A stretch of DNA of 64,000 nt, from the NCBI GenBank assembly GCA_965214605.1, contig OZ243961.1, forward strand, positions 608,001 through 672,000, written 5' to 3'. Under the pieces are notes generated by a model. It had not been told where the DNA came from. It saw only the letters and a list, made by a program, of their open reading frames with translations, and made no database searches. The stretch is from an uncultured Candidatus Binatia bacterium. Its GTDB lineage: Bacteria; Desulfobacterota; Binatia; Bin18. Below are positions 27,369 through 37,645 of the stretch, in pieces; position 1 is the first letter of the stretch, and each line of letters begins with the position of its first letter. The position numbers were made by a program, and so were the translations under genes.

Positions 27369-29270
27369 GTGCCGCAGAAAATCATTATTAATGCAACTCC
27401 CTATGAGGCCAGGGTGGCCCTCCTGGAGAACGAAACCCTGGTTGAAATCCATATCGAACGAACCCAACAGCGCAATATCGCTGGGAATATCTATCTCGGC
27501 CGTGTCACCCGGGTGCTGCCCGGTATGCAGGCCGCCTTTGTCGATATCGGCCTGGAAAAGGCCGGTTTTATCCACGCCTCAGACCTGTTTGGCGGGACAC
27601 TTCCGGCCGGCTATGCCGAAGATGATGCTGAGGATGGGGCTGAAGACGAAGCCGACGGTGGCACGGAGAATGGCGAACTGGACACCGCCGCGCTGAGCGC
27701 GGCCTATCGGCAGTATGGGTCGGATGATTCGGACGAACTCGACCAACGAGCCGAGCCCGATGAGTTGCTAGACGGACCGGACGAACCTGAAAACGCACAG
27801 GCCTATGACGAGGGGTCCGACCAGACCAAACAGTCCCTGCCGGCTGCGGCTAAGGCGGGTTCCAGCGGACGTGGTCGGCGCCGGCGCTTCTCGCCCCCCC
27901 TTCTGCCCCTGGAAGACAAGATCAAGAAGAACCAAGAAATCCTGGTTCAGGTCGCCAAAGAGTCGATTGGTACCAAAGGGCCGCGTTTGACTTCCCACAT
28001 TTCCCTGCCTGGGCGACATTTGGTGTATACCCCGACGGCCAGCCATATTGGCGTTTCGCGCCGCATTGCCGATCCCAAAGAACGCAAGCGTCTCCGTCAA
28101 ATCGTCGCCGATATGAAGTCTGAGGGGGGCTTTATTGTCCGCACCGCGTGTGAAGGACTGACGAAGAAAGAAATTCAGGATGATATGCGTTTTTTGTTGA
28201 GGCTGTGGAACGGCCTCAACAAAAAGCGTGAAAACAACGACGCGCCCGCGCTGTTGCACGAGGACATGGACGTCATTTTACGCATTATTCGGGACTTGTT
28301 GACCGCCGAGGTCGATCAAGTGGCGGTCGACAACCCTGACGCCCATAAACGGATCAAAGAGTTCGCGGCTACTTTTCTGCCCCGCTCAAGGACCCGCATC
28401 CAGTACTATGCCCGGCCAGAACCGATCTTTGATTACTACAAGGTCGAACCCCAGATTGCCAAAGCCTTAGAGCGTCGAGTGTACCTCAAATCGGGTGGCC
28501 ATATCGTGCTTGATCAGACCGAAGCGCTGACCGCGATTGATGTCAACACCGGCCGTTTTGTGGGCAAGCGTGACCAAGAAGAGACCATGCTGCGGACCAA
28601 CCTGGAGGCCAGCAAGGTTATTGTTGAACAGTTGCGCTTACGTAATCTGGGCGGGCTGATCATTATTGATTTCATCGACATGGAGCGGACGGCCAACCGC
28701 AACAAAGTCACCGAAACTATGCGGGCGGCACTGAGAAAAGATAAAACGCGCAGCAATATGCGCAAGATCAGCGAGCTGGGCCTAGTCCAAATGACGCGTA
28801 AGCGTACCCGCGAGAGCCTCAAGCAGCAGCTGTGCGACCCGTGTCCCTACTGTAACGGCAACGGCGTGCTACGATCAGTGCCGACGCTTGCCTATAATAT
28901 CTTCCGTCACCTGCCCAACGCCGCCGCCCTGCATCCCAACGCCGCCGCCCTGCTCATTAAAGCTCACCCCGAGGTCGTCACTTTTCTGTACGACGAAGAG
29001 AGCGAACACCTTGAGGACTTGGAACGGCGCTTAGGCAAACGCTTCTTTCTGCGTGCAACGCCTAATATGCATCTGGAAGAGTACAGCGTCGATGTCGTTG
29101 GCCCTGAATCGGCCCTACCGCCGCCGAGCAAGAAGGGCGTGTCTCAGGCTACCCGGCCAAAGATCAAGCCACAGGACCTCCAGTCGGCCGCTCAGGCCAG
29201 CAGACGAGGAACCTCACCTCGAGGACGGCCACGCGGCCGTCGGGCGGCGGCGTCGCCCGACGGCGGTTAA
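27369..29270 (+). CDS. rng: Rne/Rng family ribonuclease (RNase G-like)
   Basis: GNIYLGRVTRVLPGMQAAFVDIG, AIDVNTG, LRLRNLGGLIIIDFIDM, CPYCNGNG; acidic insertion in the S1 domain. Confidence 0.92.
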   Translation: MPQKIIINATPYEARVALLENETLVEIHIERTQQRNIAGNIYLGRVTRVLPGMQAAFVDIGLEKAGFIHASDLFGGTLPAGYAEDDAEDGAEDEADGGTENGELDTAALSAAYRQYGSDDSDELDQRAEPDELLDGPDEPENAQAYDEGSDQTKQSLPAAAKAGSSGRGRRRRFSPPLLPLEDKIKKNQEILVQVAKESIGTKGPRLTSHISLPGRHLVYTPTASHIGVSRRIADPKERKRLRQIVADMKSEGGFIVRTACEGLTKKEIQDDMRFLLRLWNGLNKKRENNDAPALLHEDMDVILRIIRDLLTAEVDQVAVDNPDAHKRIKEFAATFLPRSRTRIQYYARPEPIFDYYKVEPQIAKALERRVYLKSGGHIVLDQTEALTAIDVNTGRFVGKRDQEETMLRTNLEASKVIVEQLRLRNLGGLIIIDFIDMERTANRNKVTETMRAALRKDKTRSNMRKISELGLVQMTRKRTRESLKQQLCDPCPYCNGNGVLRSVPTLAYNIFRHLPNAAALHPNAAALLIKAHPEVVTFLYDEESEHLEDLERRLGKRFFLRATPNMHLEEYSVDVVGPESALPPPSKKGVSQATRPKIKPQDLQSAAQASRRGTSPRGRPRGRRAAASPDGG

Positions 29271-30156
29271 ACGTTAGAGGCTCCGACCCTTCGCCTCCCA
29301 CCTAGCCCGCTATGACACAGGTCAGGCGGCGCGGGTCGGCGGCGCCTGCCAAGACGCCGCTGCGTGGATCGCGTTGCGGGATTACTGACTCCGATACCGC
29401 AAGCGCCAACACGGTTGAGTGTATGCCCGAGGGCGCCTAGCCCCTGCACCTGCAACCTCCTCTTCTGAGGTTGAAGACACCTCAGTGATAGACAGGCGGG
29501 TCATAATGCGTTGACCATGGATCGACAAGCGGGAGCCTTCCACCACCGGAGACCAGAATGTTGAGCGTCAGTTGCCCTGAGTCTGATCGTCGTCACCTGG
29601 CAGCCGAAAATCATGACGGACTAGCCGTCGTGGCAGACCAAGCAATGCACCAACCTTGTACGGAGCCGTTGGCGGCTGCGTCGTCAAGGAAAAACATCTT
29701 GCTCGGGGTGCTCAGCGTACAGCCGGGTTCCGAGACGAAAGCTGATTTCGAAACACGTTACCACCTAGGACGAGAGAGACGATATTGCCCTCGCCATCAA
29801 TCAAGTGGCGTCTTCCTCCGAGGCGTTTGGGCTCTGGACTGCCGCTACCTGGTGGATTTCCATACGCGGAAAGTTCTGGGCACGCCCGTACGCCAACCGC
29901 CTTTCACGCGTTCTGTGGCGTATCCGTCGTCAAGCAGACTCTCGAGTGGCATGGAAGCAAACAACGGAGCACTCTCATAGCATTCGTGGTCAACAAAGGC
30001 GCGCTTGAGCACCTTGGCGCCAGTAGGCACTGGACTGTAGGGGGTTGGGCGTACAGCTAAAGGCTCATGCGTCTTGACTAGGATTACGGTTTGGCAGTAG
30101 CGAAAACAGCCTGCTCCCGTGACGTTTTCCGTCCATGCACCATCAATGGCGGCTGT

Positions 30157-30924
30157 CTAGCCGAGGGTGACCCCGCCGTCAACAATAATATTCTGGCCGG
30201 TCACAAAATCCGAGGCGGGGGCGGCAAGAAAAATCGCGGCTCCGAGCAAATCCCGTGCTTCGCCGACCCGACGCAGCGGGGTTTGGCGGATCATCTCCTG
30301 TTCGACCTCGGGTCGGGCCAGATGCGGAGCCGTCATTCCGGTCCGGATATAACCGGGACTAAAACAGTTGACGTATACCCGATGCCGAGCCCAGCGCATA
30401 GCCAGCACCCGGGTGAGGTGAATCACCCCGGCCTTGGCGACCGAGTAGGTGAGACCCGAGTTGACAACCAGGCCAGAGATGGAGGCAGTGTTAATAATCT
30501 TCCCCCCGCCATGGGCGATCATATACCGCCCAGCCGCCTGGGCACACAAAAAGACCCCGGTCATATCGACATCCAGCTCGGTTTGCCAATCATCCAGACT
30601 GAGATCTTCGGGCTTCACAATCTTGAGAATACCCGCATTATTGAACGCAAAATCAAGGCCGCCGAGCTGCTCGGCGGTAAAATTGATCAGCTCTTCAACT
30701 TCGGCCTGTTGGGCGACATCACTCTGGAGCGGGTAGGCTTTTTGCCCAGTGGCGCGGCGGATCTCCTGCGCCACTTGTTGGGCGCCATCAAGATGTATAT
30801 CGCTGATCACGACCGATGCCCCAGCTTCGGCCAAACCGTGTGCAATAGCCCGGCCTAACCCTGAGCCACCCCCGGTTACATAGCCCCGTTTGCCTGACAG
30901 ATCAAAGAGTGGGTGTCCGCTCAT
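30157..30924 (-). CDS. SDR-family oxidoreductase
   Basis: TGGGSGLG, NNAG, YSVAK, VDGG. Confidence 0.92.
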   Translation of the reverse strand: MSGHPLFDLSGKRGYVTGGGSGLGRAIAHGLAEAGASVVISDIHLDGAQQVAQEIRRATGQKAYPLQSDVAQQAEVEELINFTAEQLGGLDFAFNNAGILKIVKPEDLSLDDWQTELDVDMTGVFLCAQAAGRYMIAHGGGKIINTASISGLVVNSGLTYSVAKAGVIHLTRVLAMRWARHRVYVNCFSPGYIRTGMTAPHLARPEVEQEMIRQTPLRRVGEARDLLGAAIFLAAPASDFVTGQNIIVDGGVTLG

Positions 30925-31076
30925 ATCTCATCCTTTCTCGCTCCCCTTGTAGCCAGCCGCTCGTCGCAAGGCAAGATATGAGGCCAAGCCGCTTTAGATT
31001 GAACAACTCCGACGCATATGTCATACCTGAAACGCTCTGCTCCGACTTTGTCGCCCGGATGCGGGGCCAAGGAGCG

Positions 31077-31340
31077 TTGAGTCCCGTGCGCCAAGAATTA
31101 TTAGACATCCTAGTGTGCCCCGAAACAAAGCAAGCGGTCCACCTAGCCGAGGCGAGTCTCCTTGACCAGCTCAACCAGCGTATCCATCAGGGCACCCTGG
31201 CCAACCGGGGTGGCACAATCCTCACCACCCCCTTGGAAGCCGTACTCGTCCGCGAAGACCGTCAGTATTGCTATCCCATCCGGGCTGACATCCCGGTCAT
31301 GTTGATCGATGAGGCTATCCGGCTAGACGACCTGTCCTGA
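31077..31340 (+). CDS. Trm112-family small protein
   Basis: ELLDILVCPETKQ ... YPIRADIPVMLIDEA; GGAG RBS before TTG 31077. Confidence 0.85.
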   Translation: MSPVRQELLDILVCPETKQAVHLAEASLLDQLNQRIHQGTLANRGGTILTTPLEAVLVREDRQYCYPIRADIPVMLIDEAIRLDDLS

Positions 31341-31518
31341 GAGGGCCAAAAAATCTGAACCTCCGGGGTCCTGAGTTGCGTGGCAGACTAGTCGTCTGAT
31401 AGACTGGCCTGCCTTGAGGCAAGTGTAGATGAGGAGGCGGGTGGCAGTGGAAATGCCTCTCGAACCGTTTTGGGGATATGTCTGTCCAACGCTTTCCTTC
31501 TCCCGATCACAGAATCAT

Positions 31519-32679
31519 ATGTGGAGAAAGGTTGGCCCGAGCAGTCTGCGTCTGATGACGCTGGTAGCAGCAAGCCTCGGCCTGCTGCTAGGGGACGCTG
31601 ATGCGGCTGGGCTTCGCGTCCTCAAACGTATCCACCATACCTCGGTCCAGGAATACACCCGGGTGGTCATCACCCTCTCAGAAGAAACTCCGCATCGCAT
31701 TTTCACCCTACCGGCCGACTCGGCCAGTCGGCGTCCGCCGCGTATTGTCATTGACTTCTCATCCGCCGCTCTCAGCCCACGGACGCCGCGCACCCTCCCG
31801 ATTCATAAGGGCCTACTCAAACAGGTGCGCACCGGGCAGTTTGATCCGACAACGGTCCGGGTTGTCCTGGATGTTGAGCGGCTTGACGCACATCGAGCCT
31901 TTGCCCTCTATGGGCCGTACCGCCTAGTTATCGATATACGCGGACGCCAGCCCCGACCGGCCGCACCAACTGGTCAACAGGCGAAGCGTCAAAAGATTAT
32001 GCTTGATCCCGGTCACGGCGGCAAAGACCCGGGGGCTCTAGGACGCGGCCACGTCAGAGAAAAAGATGTGGTCCTGTCTCTGAGCAAGCAGCTAGCCCGC
32101 AAACTCGAAACCCGTCTGCTGGTTGATGTCCTGTTTACGCGGACGGGCGATACCTTTATTCCTCTGGAAGAACGGACCGCTCGGGCCAATGCGGCCGGTG
32201 CAAGCTTATTCGTATCGCTACACGCCAATGCCAGCCATAATCCAAAGACGCAGGGGATTGAGACCTATTATCTTAACAACACAAACGATCGGGCGGCCAG
32301 ACGACTCGCCGCATTCGAGAATGGCCTGCTCCATCTAGCCAATCCCGTTCCAGCCAAGACCTACGTCTCGAACCTCGTCAGCGTGCTGCTGCAAAACGGT
32401 AAAGAAGATCCTTCGATCGACTTAGCCCGGTATTTACAAACAGCCTTGGTCAACCAGGCAAAAAAGCGTAATCCAGAGGTCCGTAATCTTGGCGTCAAAA
32501 AAGGGCCGTTTTACGTCTTGGTTGGCGCTGATATGCCGTGCGTGCTGGTTGAGACCGGGTTTATCACCAACGCAAAAGAACGCCGACTCTTGCTGTCCGC
32601 GGCCTATCAGAACGACTTGGCCGAGGGACTGTATCAGGGGATTGCCAAGTTCCTCAGTCAGCCGGACAAAAACTTGTAG
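31519..32679 (+). CDS. N-acetylmuramoyl-L-alanine amidase with AMIN domain (AmiC-like)
   Basis: MLDPGHGGKDPGA, EKDVVL, FVSLHANA, VLVETGFITN; start uncertain. Confidence 0.92.
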   Translation: MWRKVGPSSLRLMTLVAASLGLLLGDADAAGLRVLKRIHHTSVQEYTRVVITLSEETPHRIFTLPADSASRRPPRIVIDFSSAALSPRTPRTLPIHKGLLKQVRTGQFDPTTVRVVLDVERLDAHRAFALYGPYRLVIDIRGRQPRPAAPTGQQAKRQKIMLDPGHGGKDPGALGRGHVREKDVVLSLSKQLARKLETRLLVDVLFTRTGDTFIPLEERTARANAAGASLFVSLHANASHNPKTQGIETYYLNNTNDRAARRLAAFENGLLHLANPVPAKTYVSNLVSVLLQNGKEDPSIDLARYLQTALVNQAKKRNPEVRNLGVKKGPFYVLVGADMPCVLVETGFITNAKERRLLLSAAYQNDLAEGLYQGIAKFLSQPDKNL

Positions 32680-32688
32680 ACTGGGCTA

Positions 32689-33303
32689 CTAATCACGGTT
32701 GGTCGGCCGGCCGACCGACCAGAGAAGCAGATAGCTCAGGCCAAAGCTGATGATGAGTACCAGCACAAGCCAAAGTGGCTGAAACGGAATAGACGGCGCG
32801 TGGCCCGATCCGGCCAACATCGCAAAGACGAGCGGCAGCGACAGAAAGGTATTAATCCGGGAGACTAGGAGCGCAGTCTCAGCGCTTGGCCCCCCTTCGG
32901 GTCCAGAACCACCCTGCCCTGTCCGGCCGATAATGCCTTGGTAGGCAGGCCAGATCACGAACCACGCGTTCACCCACATGATCGTCCCCAAGACCACCCC
33001 AAAGCTGATCCATAGTCCAGCACTCGAGCCGATCAGACCGGCCTCGCCAGTCAGGCCGCTGCCGAGCACAAAATACTTCCACACCAGCAACACGTAACCC
33101 GACAAAAATGTCAGCATCGCCCCCCACCGAAACCACAACAGGGTGGGCGGCATAAGCTGCGGGATGAGTTGATCACGGAGCGCGAGGGTGAGCTGGACGT
33201 GGATAAAAGTCAAGAAATAGAGCAGACCGATCCATGTCACTCCGGCCAGAATATGCAGCCAGCGAAACAGTGCCTGGACAAGGTCATGACCATCAACAGA
33301 CAT
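32689..33303 (-). CDS. Urate hydroxylase PuuD / urate oxidase N-terminal-like membrane protein
   Basis: FRWLHILAGVTWIGLLY, LLWFRWGA, LGTIMWVNAWFVIWP, SRINTFLSLP. Confidence 0.75.
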   Translation of the reverse strand: MSVDGHDLVQALFRWLHILAGVTWIGLLYFLTFIHVQLTLALRDQLIPQLMPPTLLWFRWGAMLTFLSGYVLLVWKYFVLGSGLTGEAGLIGSSAGLWISFGVVLGTIMWVNAWFVIWPAYQGIIGRTGQGGSGPEGGPSAETALLVSRINTFLSLPLVFAMLAGSGHAPSIPFQPLWLVLVLIISFGLSYLLLWSVGRPTNRD

Positions 33304-33447
33304 AGGCTTGTTTTGTCACAGCCGGTCGCAGTGTGGCAAGTGTAGGCCTGGGTGTGATTCGTCTGGCAACGGGTTTTGACGGGCTTGGCAGACGCGTCCA
33401 GGATGCGTATGGTAGCGGAATCGCATTCGGACATTAGGAGGAACCCC

Positions 33448-33642
33448 ATGGCCGAAAGAGGAAGAAATAGAAAAGACAAAAGCACGCAGAACAAACGCCC
33501 TTGCCCGGTGTGTGGAGACAGCGCTCGGGTCGTTCAGTATGCGGGTTTTGGTCCAAAGAAGGGCTTCTACTGGGCGTGTGAAAAAAAATCGTGCGATCAC
33601 AGGGCTTGCCCCTACCCGCATCGGACTGCCCGGACCCATTGA
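33448..33642 (+). CDS. Small basic zinc-ribbon-like protein (64 aa)
   Basis: AGGAGG RBS; CPVC ... YWACEKKSC. Confidence 0.65.
   Translation: MAERGRNRKDKSTQNKRPCPVCGDSARVVQYAGFGPKKGFYWACEKKSCDHRACPYPHRTARTH
33600..33625. repeat. REP-like element, copy 2 (half of the palindrome), inside the small ORF
   Basis: CAGGGCTTGCCCCTACCCGCATCGGA vs CAGGGTTTGCCCCTACCCGCATCGGA at 12902-12927. Confidence 0.65.
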
Positions 33643-33675
33643 GTCGCGTCCGGCGGACCGTGACCAGTCACCAGT

Positions 33676-34743
33676 GTGACCCAGGTAGCGGCGCCCGATA
33701 CAATACTCCCCATGCCACATACAAACAGATCCGAATCCCGCCTCCCGGTCGTCTATATCGTCAGTCACGGTCCGGGCTGTCTAGATGGCGTGACCGCCGC
33801 CGTTGCAGTTGCTCGCTACCGGGCTGGGGCCAGGCTGATTCCCCGCTTCGCCGCCAATAGCCGCATCGACCAAGTTCTGCGCTCGATTCACCCGGACGAG
33901 GCCCCTCCGGACAGCGAGGTGTGGATCACCGATATTTCGTGGACCGAAGAAGCGACCAACACGCACCTAGAGCAACTCGCGGCCAAGGGTGTCAGATTGT
34001 ATTGGTTCGATCACCACCGAACGGCCATCGCCCGGCATGCCAGCGGGGCAATTCACGCTCCCTTCACCGACTATAGGCTGAGCGAAGCTGTCTCAGGCGC
34101 CCGCCTCGTGTATGAATATTTGGAGCGCCAGCTGGCGGCCAGCGGCCAACACAACGAGGCTTTTCGCGCCTTTGCCCCGGTTGTGGCTCAGGCCGATGAC
34201 AATGATCGGTGGATCCACGCCATCCCTGGTTCGCGTGAATTAGCCTTAACCGTCAGCACCTTGGCCGGCACTGATGACGATAATCTTGACGCCTACCACG
34301 CCCTACTCGATATTGATGCCAATATCACCTACAGCCCGGCAATGCGGGCGGCCTACGAAAAATCAACCCGCGAGATCAAAGACAGTTTTGCCCTTGCCGA
34401 GCGCAGCAAAATTCGGCGGCCAGCACTGGACGGTGCCTATAGCCTGGTCTGCGCGGTGTGTGATGGTTATCCCAGCGAAATCGGGGACAGCTGGGGCAAA
34501 CAGGCGACCAACACCGTCTTTGTGCTCTACGATCGCAAAAATGGAGGCGTCAGTTTACGTCGCTCCCCAGATTGCCAGGTCGACCTGTCCAAGTTGGCCC
34601 AAATGTTCGGTGGAGGTGGTCACCCCGCCGCTTCTGGCTGCCGGCCGCAAGGACTGCCCGAGTTGATCGCCCAAAGCCTGGCCGGGTTGTTCGCCTCGGG
34701 TCTACAGGACTTGCTCAATCCAGACCACCTGGACCCGAGCTAA
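33676..34743 (+). CDS. DHH/DHHA1 phosphoesterase
   Basis: CLDG, WITDIS, WFDHH, VSLRRS, GGGGHPAASG. Confidence 0.85.
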   Translation: MTQVAAPDTILPMPHTNRSESRLPVVYIVSHGPGCLDGVTAAVAVARYRAGARLIPRFAANSRIDQVLRSIHPDEAPPDSEVWITDISWTEEATNTHLEQLAAKGVRLYWFDHHRTAIARHASGAIHAPFTDYRLSEAVSGARLVYEYLERQLAASGQHNEAFRAFAPVVAQADDNDRWIHAIPGSRELALTVSTLAGTDDDNLDAYHALLDIDANITYSPAMRAAYEKSTREIKDSFALAERSKIRRPALDGAYSLVCAVCDGYPSEIGDSWGKQATNTVFVLYDRKNGGVSLRRSPDCQVDLSKLAQMFGGGGHPAASGCRPQGLPELIAQSLAGLFASGLQDLLNPDHLDPS

Positions 34744-34751
34744 ACAGCTGG

Positions 34752-35546
34752 CTAGTCCTTTTTTCGAGCTTGAGCGAGCTCATACGCATAATCAATAACC
34801 AGCGGCGCATGATCGGAAAAGCGCTGAGCTTTATAAATCCACGTCTGGCGGGCTTTGGCCGCCAGGCCTGGAGTAGCAACCTGGTAGTCCAGCCGCCAGC
34901 CAACGTTTTTAGCCCAGGCCTGGCCCCGGTTTGACCACCAGGTGTATTGCTCGGCGTCTCGATTCAGGCGGCGAAAAACATCGACAAAGCCGATCTCATC
35001 AAAGACGCGTGTCAGCCACTTCCGTTCCTGGGGCAAAAAACCGGAATTTTTTTGATTCGAGCGCCAGTTTTTCAGATCCTTTTGGGTATGGGCAATATTC
35101 CAATCACCGCACACCACCACATGTCTGCGGCTAGCCCGGAGGGCCTGCAGTTCAGGCAGGAGGCGATCCATAAACGCGTACTTGACCGCCTGGCGCTGCT
35201 CTGAACTCGAACCCGACGGCAGATACAGAGAGATAACACTCAACCGGCCAAAATCAGCCTGTAGATACCGCCCCTCAGCATCAATATCGGTATGACCCCA
35301 GCCATACCGCAGCGTGTCTGGAGCGCGCCGGGCATACACCCCAACCCCGGAATAGCCACGCTTTTCGGCTGGATGGAAAAATCCGGTCAGGCCCGTGGGC
35401 TGGCGCAGCGCCGAAGGCAGGTCGCCCTCCTGAGCTTTCAACTCTTGGACACACACCAGATCGGGTCGTTGGTCTGCCACCCAGACAAAAAATCCTTTAC
35501 GGGCGGCCGAGCGGATACCGTTGAGATTGCACGAGATGATACGCAT
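34752..35546 (-). CDS. xth: Exodeoxyribonuclease III
   Basis: NLNGIRS, VQELKA, GYSGV, CGDWNIAH, YTWWS, GWRLDY, SDHAP. Confidence 0.95.
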   Translation of the reverse strand: MRIISCNLNGIRSAARKGFFVWVADQRPDLVCVQELKAQEGDLPSALRQPTGLTGFFHPAEKRGYSGVGVYARRAPDTLRYGWGHTDIDAEGRYLQADFGRLSVISLYLPSGSSSEQRQAVKYAFMDRLLPELQALRASRRHVVVCGDWNIAHTQKDLKNWRSNQKNSGFLPQERKWLTRVFDEIGFVDVFRRLNRDAEQYTWWSNRGQAWAKNVGWRLDYQVATPGLAAKARQTWIYKAQRFSDHAPLVIDYAYELAQARKKD

Positions 35547-35564
35547 GCGTCCTTTTTGAACAGT

Positions 35565-35870
35565 CTATTGGGGGAGGGTGTGACGTGGCCGGGGCACTGG
35601 ATCAAAGCCGCCAGGACAAAAGGGGTGACACCGGCCGAGCCGTTTGAGGATCAAGACTAGGGCTCGAAAAAAAGGGTGGAGTTGAAAACAATCAATGGCG
35701 TACTGGGAACAGCTGGGCGCAAAACGGCAGCCTGCCTGCGGACCGCAAGTAGCGACCAAGAGTGGCGAAACAAGGCGCTGGTAGCCGCGCAGTAGACCGA
35801 TCAAGCTCCGCATCCCAGCTGAGCGCAGCCAGACCTGGATTCTGGACGCCGCTGCAGTGCTATACCCCAT
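35565..35870 (-). CDS. yidD: Membrane protein insertion efficiency factor YidD
   Basis: [35 protein letters not shown]. Confidence 0.92.
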   Translation of the reverse strand: MGYSTAAASRIQVWLRSAGMRSLIGLLRGYQRLVSPLLVATCGPQAGCRFAPSCSQYAIDCFQLHPFFRALVLILKRLGRCHPFCPGGFDPVPRPRHTLPQ

Positions 35871-35999
35871 ACGCCCAGACTCTACCCTAACCGCTGAAAA
35901 AAAGACACCGCCGCCCGACCCGCTCCGGACGCCTAATCTTGACAGTCTCAGTTACGCTGGATAAGAGGAGAGTAGCAAATTCTAGAGGAGGAGGATCAT

Positions 36000-36923
36000 A
36001 TGGCAACACCTCAACCCGCCGTACTGAACAGGGATATGGGCAAGCATCAGTGGTATGTCCATCTAAGCCGTTTGGACGGCGCAGATCTGGGAGTGATCAA
36101 GTCTGCCGTCTCGCAACTGCGCAAAGACTGCGATGCTCAGGGGATCAATCTTACCATCGGCGTTGGTCCCAGCCTATTGCCAGACCTGACCAACGACGTC
36201 CCCAACGATTTTCAGCCCTACGAAACCTTTAGGTCCATTGATGGGAGCGGTAAAGAGGCCAAGGGAACCCAGGAAGAGCTGCTGTTCTGGCTCAATCACG
36301 ACGACAAAGACAAGGTTTGGAAGACACAGTTCGATGCCCGTGAGGCGCTCAAGGGACACATGCGGGTCGCTCGCGAGACCATGACTTTTATCTATGGGAA
36401 CTCCTTTGATATGACAGGTTTCAAGGACGGAACCGGCAACCCTGAGCCTGAGCGCGACGTCGAGGTTGCCATTGTTCCGGACGGAGAGCCCGGAGCTGGG
36501 GGAAGCTTTATCATCGCCCAGCGCTGGATTCATGACCTTGAGGCGTTTAATCTGCTGCCGGTCGATGAACAGGAAAAAGTCTTTGGTCGGACCAAAGGGG
36601 AGGAGTCAGCCAAGCTCTCCCCTCTCCCTCCCACCTCTCATCTGGCTCATCACGAGTTACGTGAGGGCAGAACAGGCGATGAGAGCACGCCTAAACGTGA
36701 CGAAATCTCCCGCCGTTCGACGCCGTATGCCTTCCACGATGGCACCGTGGGGCTCTATTTTATGGCCTTCTGCAAATCGCAAGCCCCGCTGCGCGAGCGC
36801 ATGCGAGCCATGTACGGCATGGACGGTCAGGTGCGTGACCGACTGACGTCGTACAGCAATCCGGCCTCTGGTTCGTTCTATTTTGCCCCATCGGTCGAGA
36901 CGCTTGATCAAGCGCTGTCGTAA
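36000..36923 (+). CDS. Dyp-type peroxidase
   Basis: GFKDGTGNP (GxxDG), QRWIHDL, QEKVFGRTK, ISRRSTPY, FYFAPS. Confidence 0.92.
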   Translation: MATPQPAVLNRDMGKHQWYVHLSRLDGADLGVIKSAVSQLRKDCDAQGINLTIGVGPSLLPDLTNDVPNDFQPYETFRSIDGSGKEAKGTQEELLFWLNHDDKDKVWKTQFDAREALKGHMRVARETMTFIYGNSFDMTGFKDGTGNPEPERDVEVAIVPDGEPGAGGSFIIAQRWIHDLEAFNLLPVDEQEKVFGRTKGEESAKLSPLPPTSHLAHHELREGRTGDESTPKRDEISRRSTPYAFHDGTVGLYFMAFCKSQAPLRERMRAMYGMDGQVRDRLTSYSNPASGSFYFAPSVETLDQALS

Positions 36924-36945
36924 CGCGACGGTTCGCCAAGAGTCC

Positions 36946-36982
36946 AAACGGGGCATCTCTCGCCGGATGTCCCGTTTCTTTT
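36946..36982. terminator. Intrinsic terminator between convergent dyp and metW
   Basis: AAACGGGGCATC...GATGTCCCGTTT stem followed by CTTTT. Confidence 0.65.
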
Positions 36983-36985
36983 GGC

Positions 36986-37588
36986 TCAGAGTTTTTTCAG
37001 GGTAAACACTGCCGTGGTGGCACGTAAATTTTTATAGCGGAAATTTTTCAAGCGACGGGTATGAGCCAAGTAGCGCTCCTCTGTAATGTGGACTCCCAAC
37101 TGCTGACAAAAGTCGCCAAAATCGGCCACCGTAAAGGCCTGCCAGCGGGGCGCTTCGTACCAGCGTTCGGGCAGGTCAGAGGCCTGCGGGATACGACCGG
37201 TCAACAGCAGCGCAAGTCGACACCGCCAGTAGCCCCAGTTGGGAAAACTGACAATCGCCTGTTTGCCGACCCGCAGCATCTCCTGCACGATCATGGCCGG
37301 ATCGTCGAGAAAGGGCAACGTCTGGCTCAGGATCACGTAGTCAAAGCTGGCCTCAGGATAATCGGCCAGACCCTCTTCGAGGTTGCCCTGGCGCACACTT
37401 AAACCGCGTCGCACACACGTCAGAATCCCGCGCTCACCCAACTCAATGCCGCGTCCAGTTACCAGTTTCTCCCGGACGAGATACTGCAGCAGAGCGCCGT
37501 CTCCACACCCCAGGTCAAGAACACGGACCTGGGAAGGGACCAGATCGGCAATGACGAGGAGATCGGAGCGCAGGCTGATAGAACTCAC
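36986..37588 (-). CDS. metW: Methionine biosynthesis protein MetW
   Basis: VLDLGCGDG, FDYVILSQTL, IVSFPNWG; directly downstream of metX. Confidence 0.92.
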   Translation of the reverse strand: MSSISLRSDLLVIADLVPSQVRVLDLGCGDGALLQYLVREKLVTGRGIELGERGILTCVRRGLSVRQGNLEEGLADYPEASFDYVILSQTLPFLDDPAMIVQEMLRVGKQAIVSFPNWGYWRCRLALLLTGRIPQASDLPERWYEAPRWQAFTVADFGDFCQQLGVHITEERYLAHTRRLKNFRYKNLRATTAVFTLKKL

Positions 37589-37645
37589 AACTTGGCTTGG
37601 AGACAGAGGGTGAGGCGCAGCGGGGTAGAGATTGCCGCTACCCGC

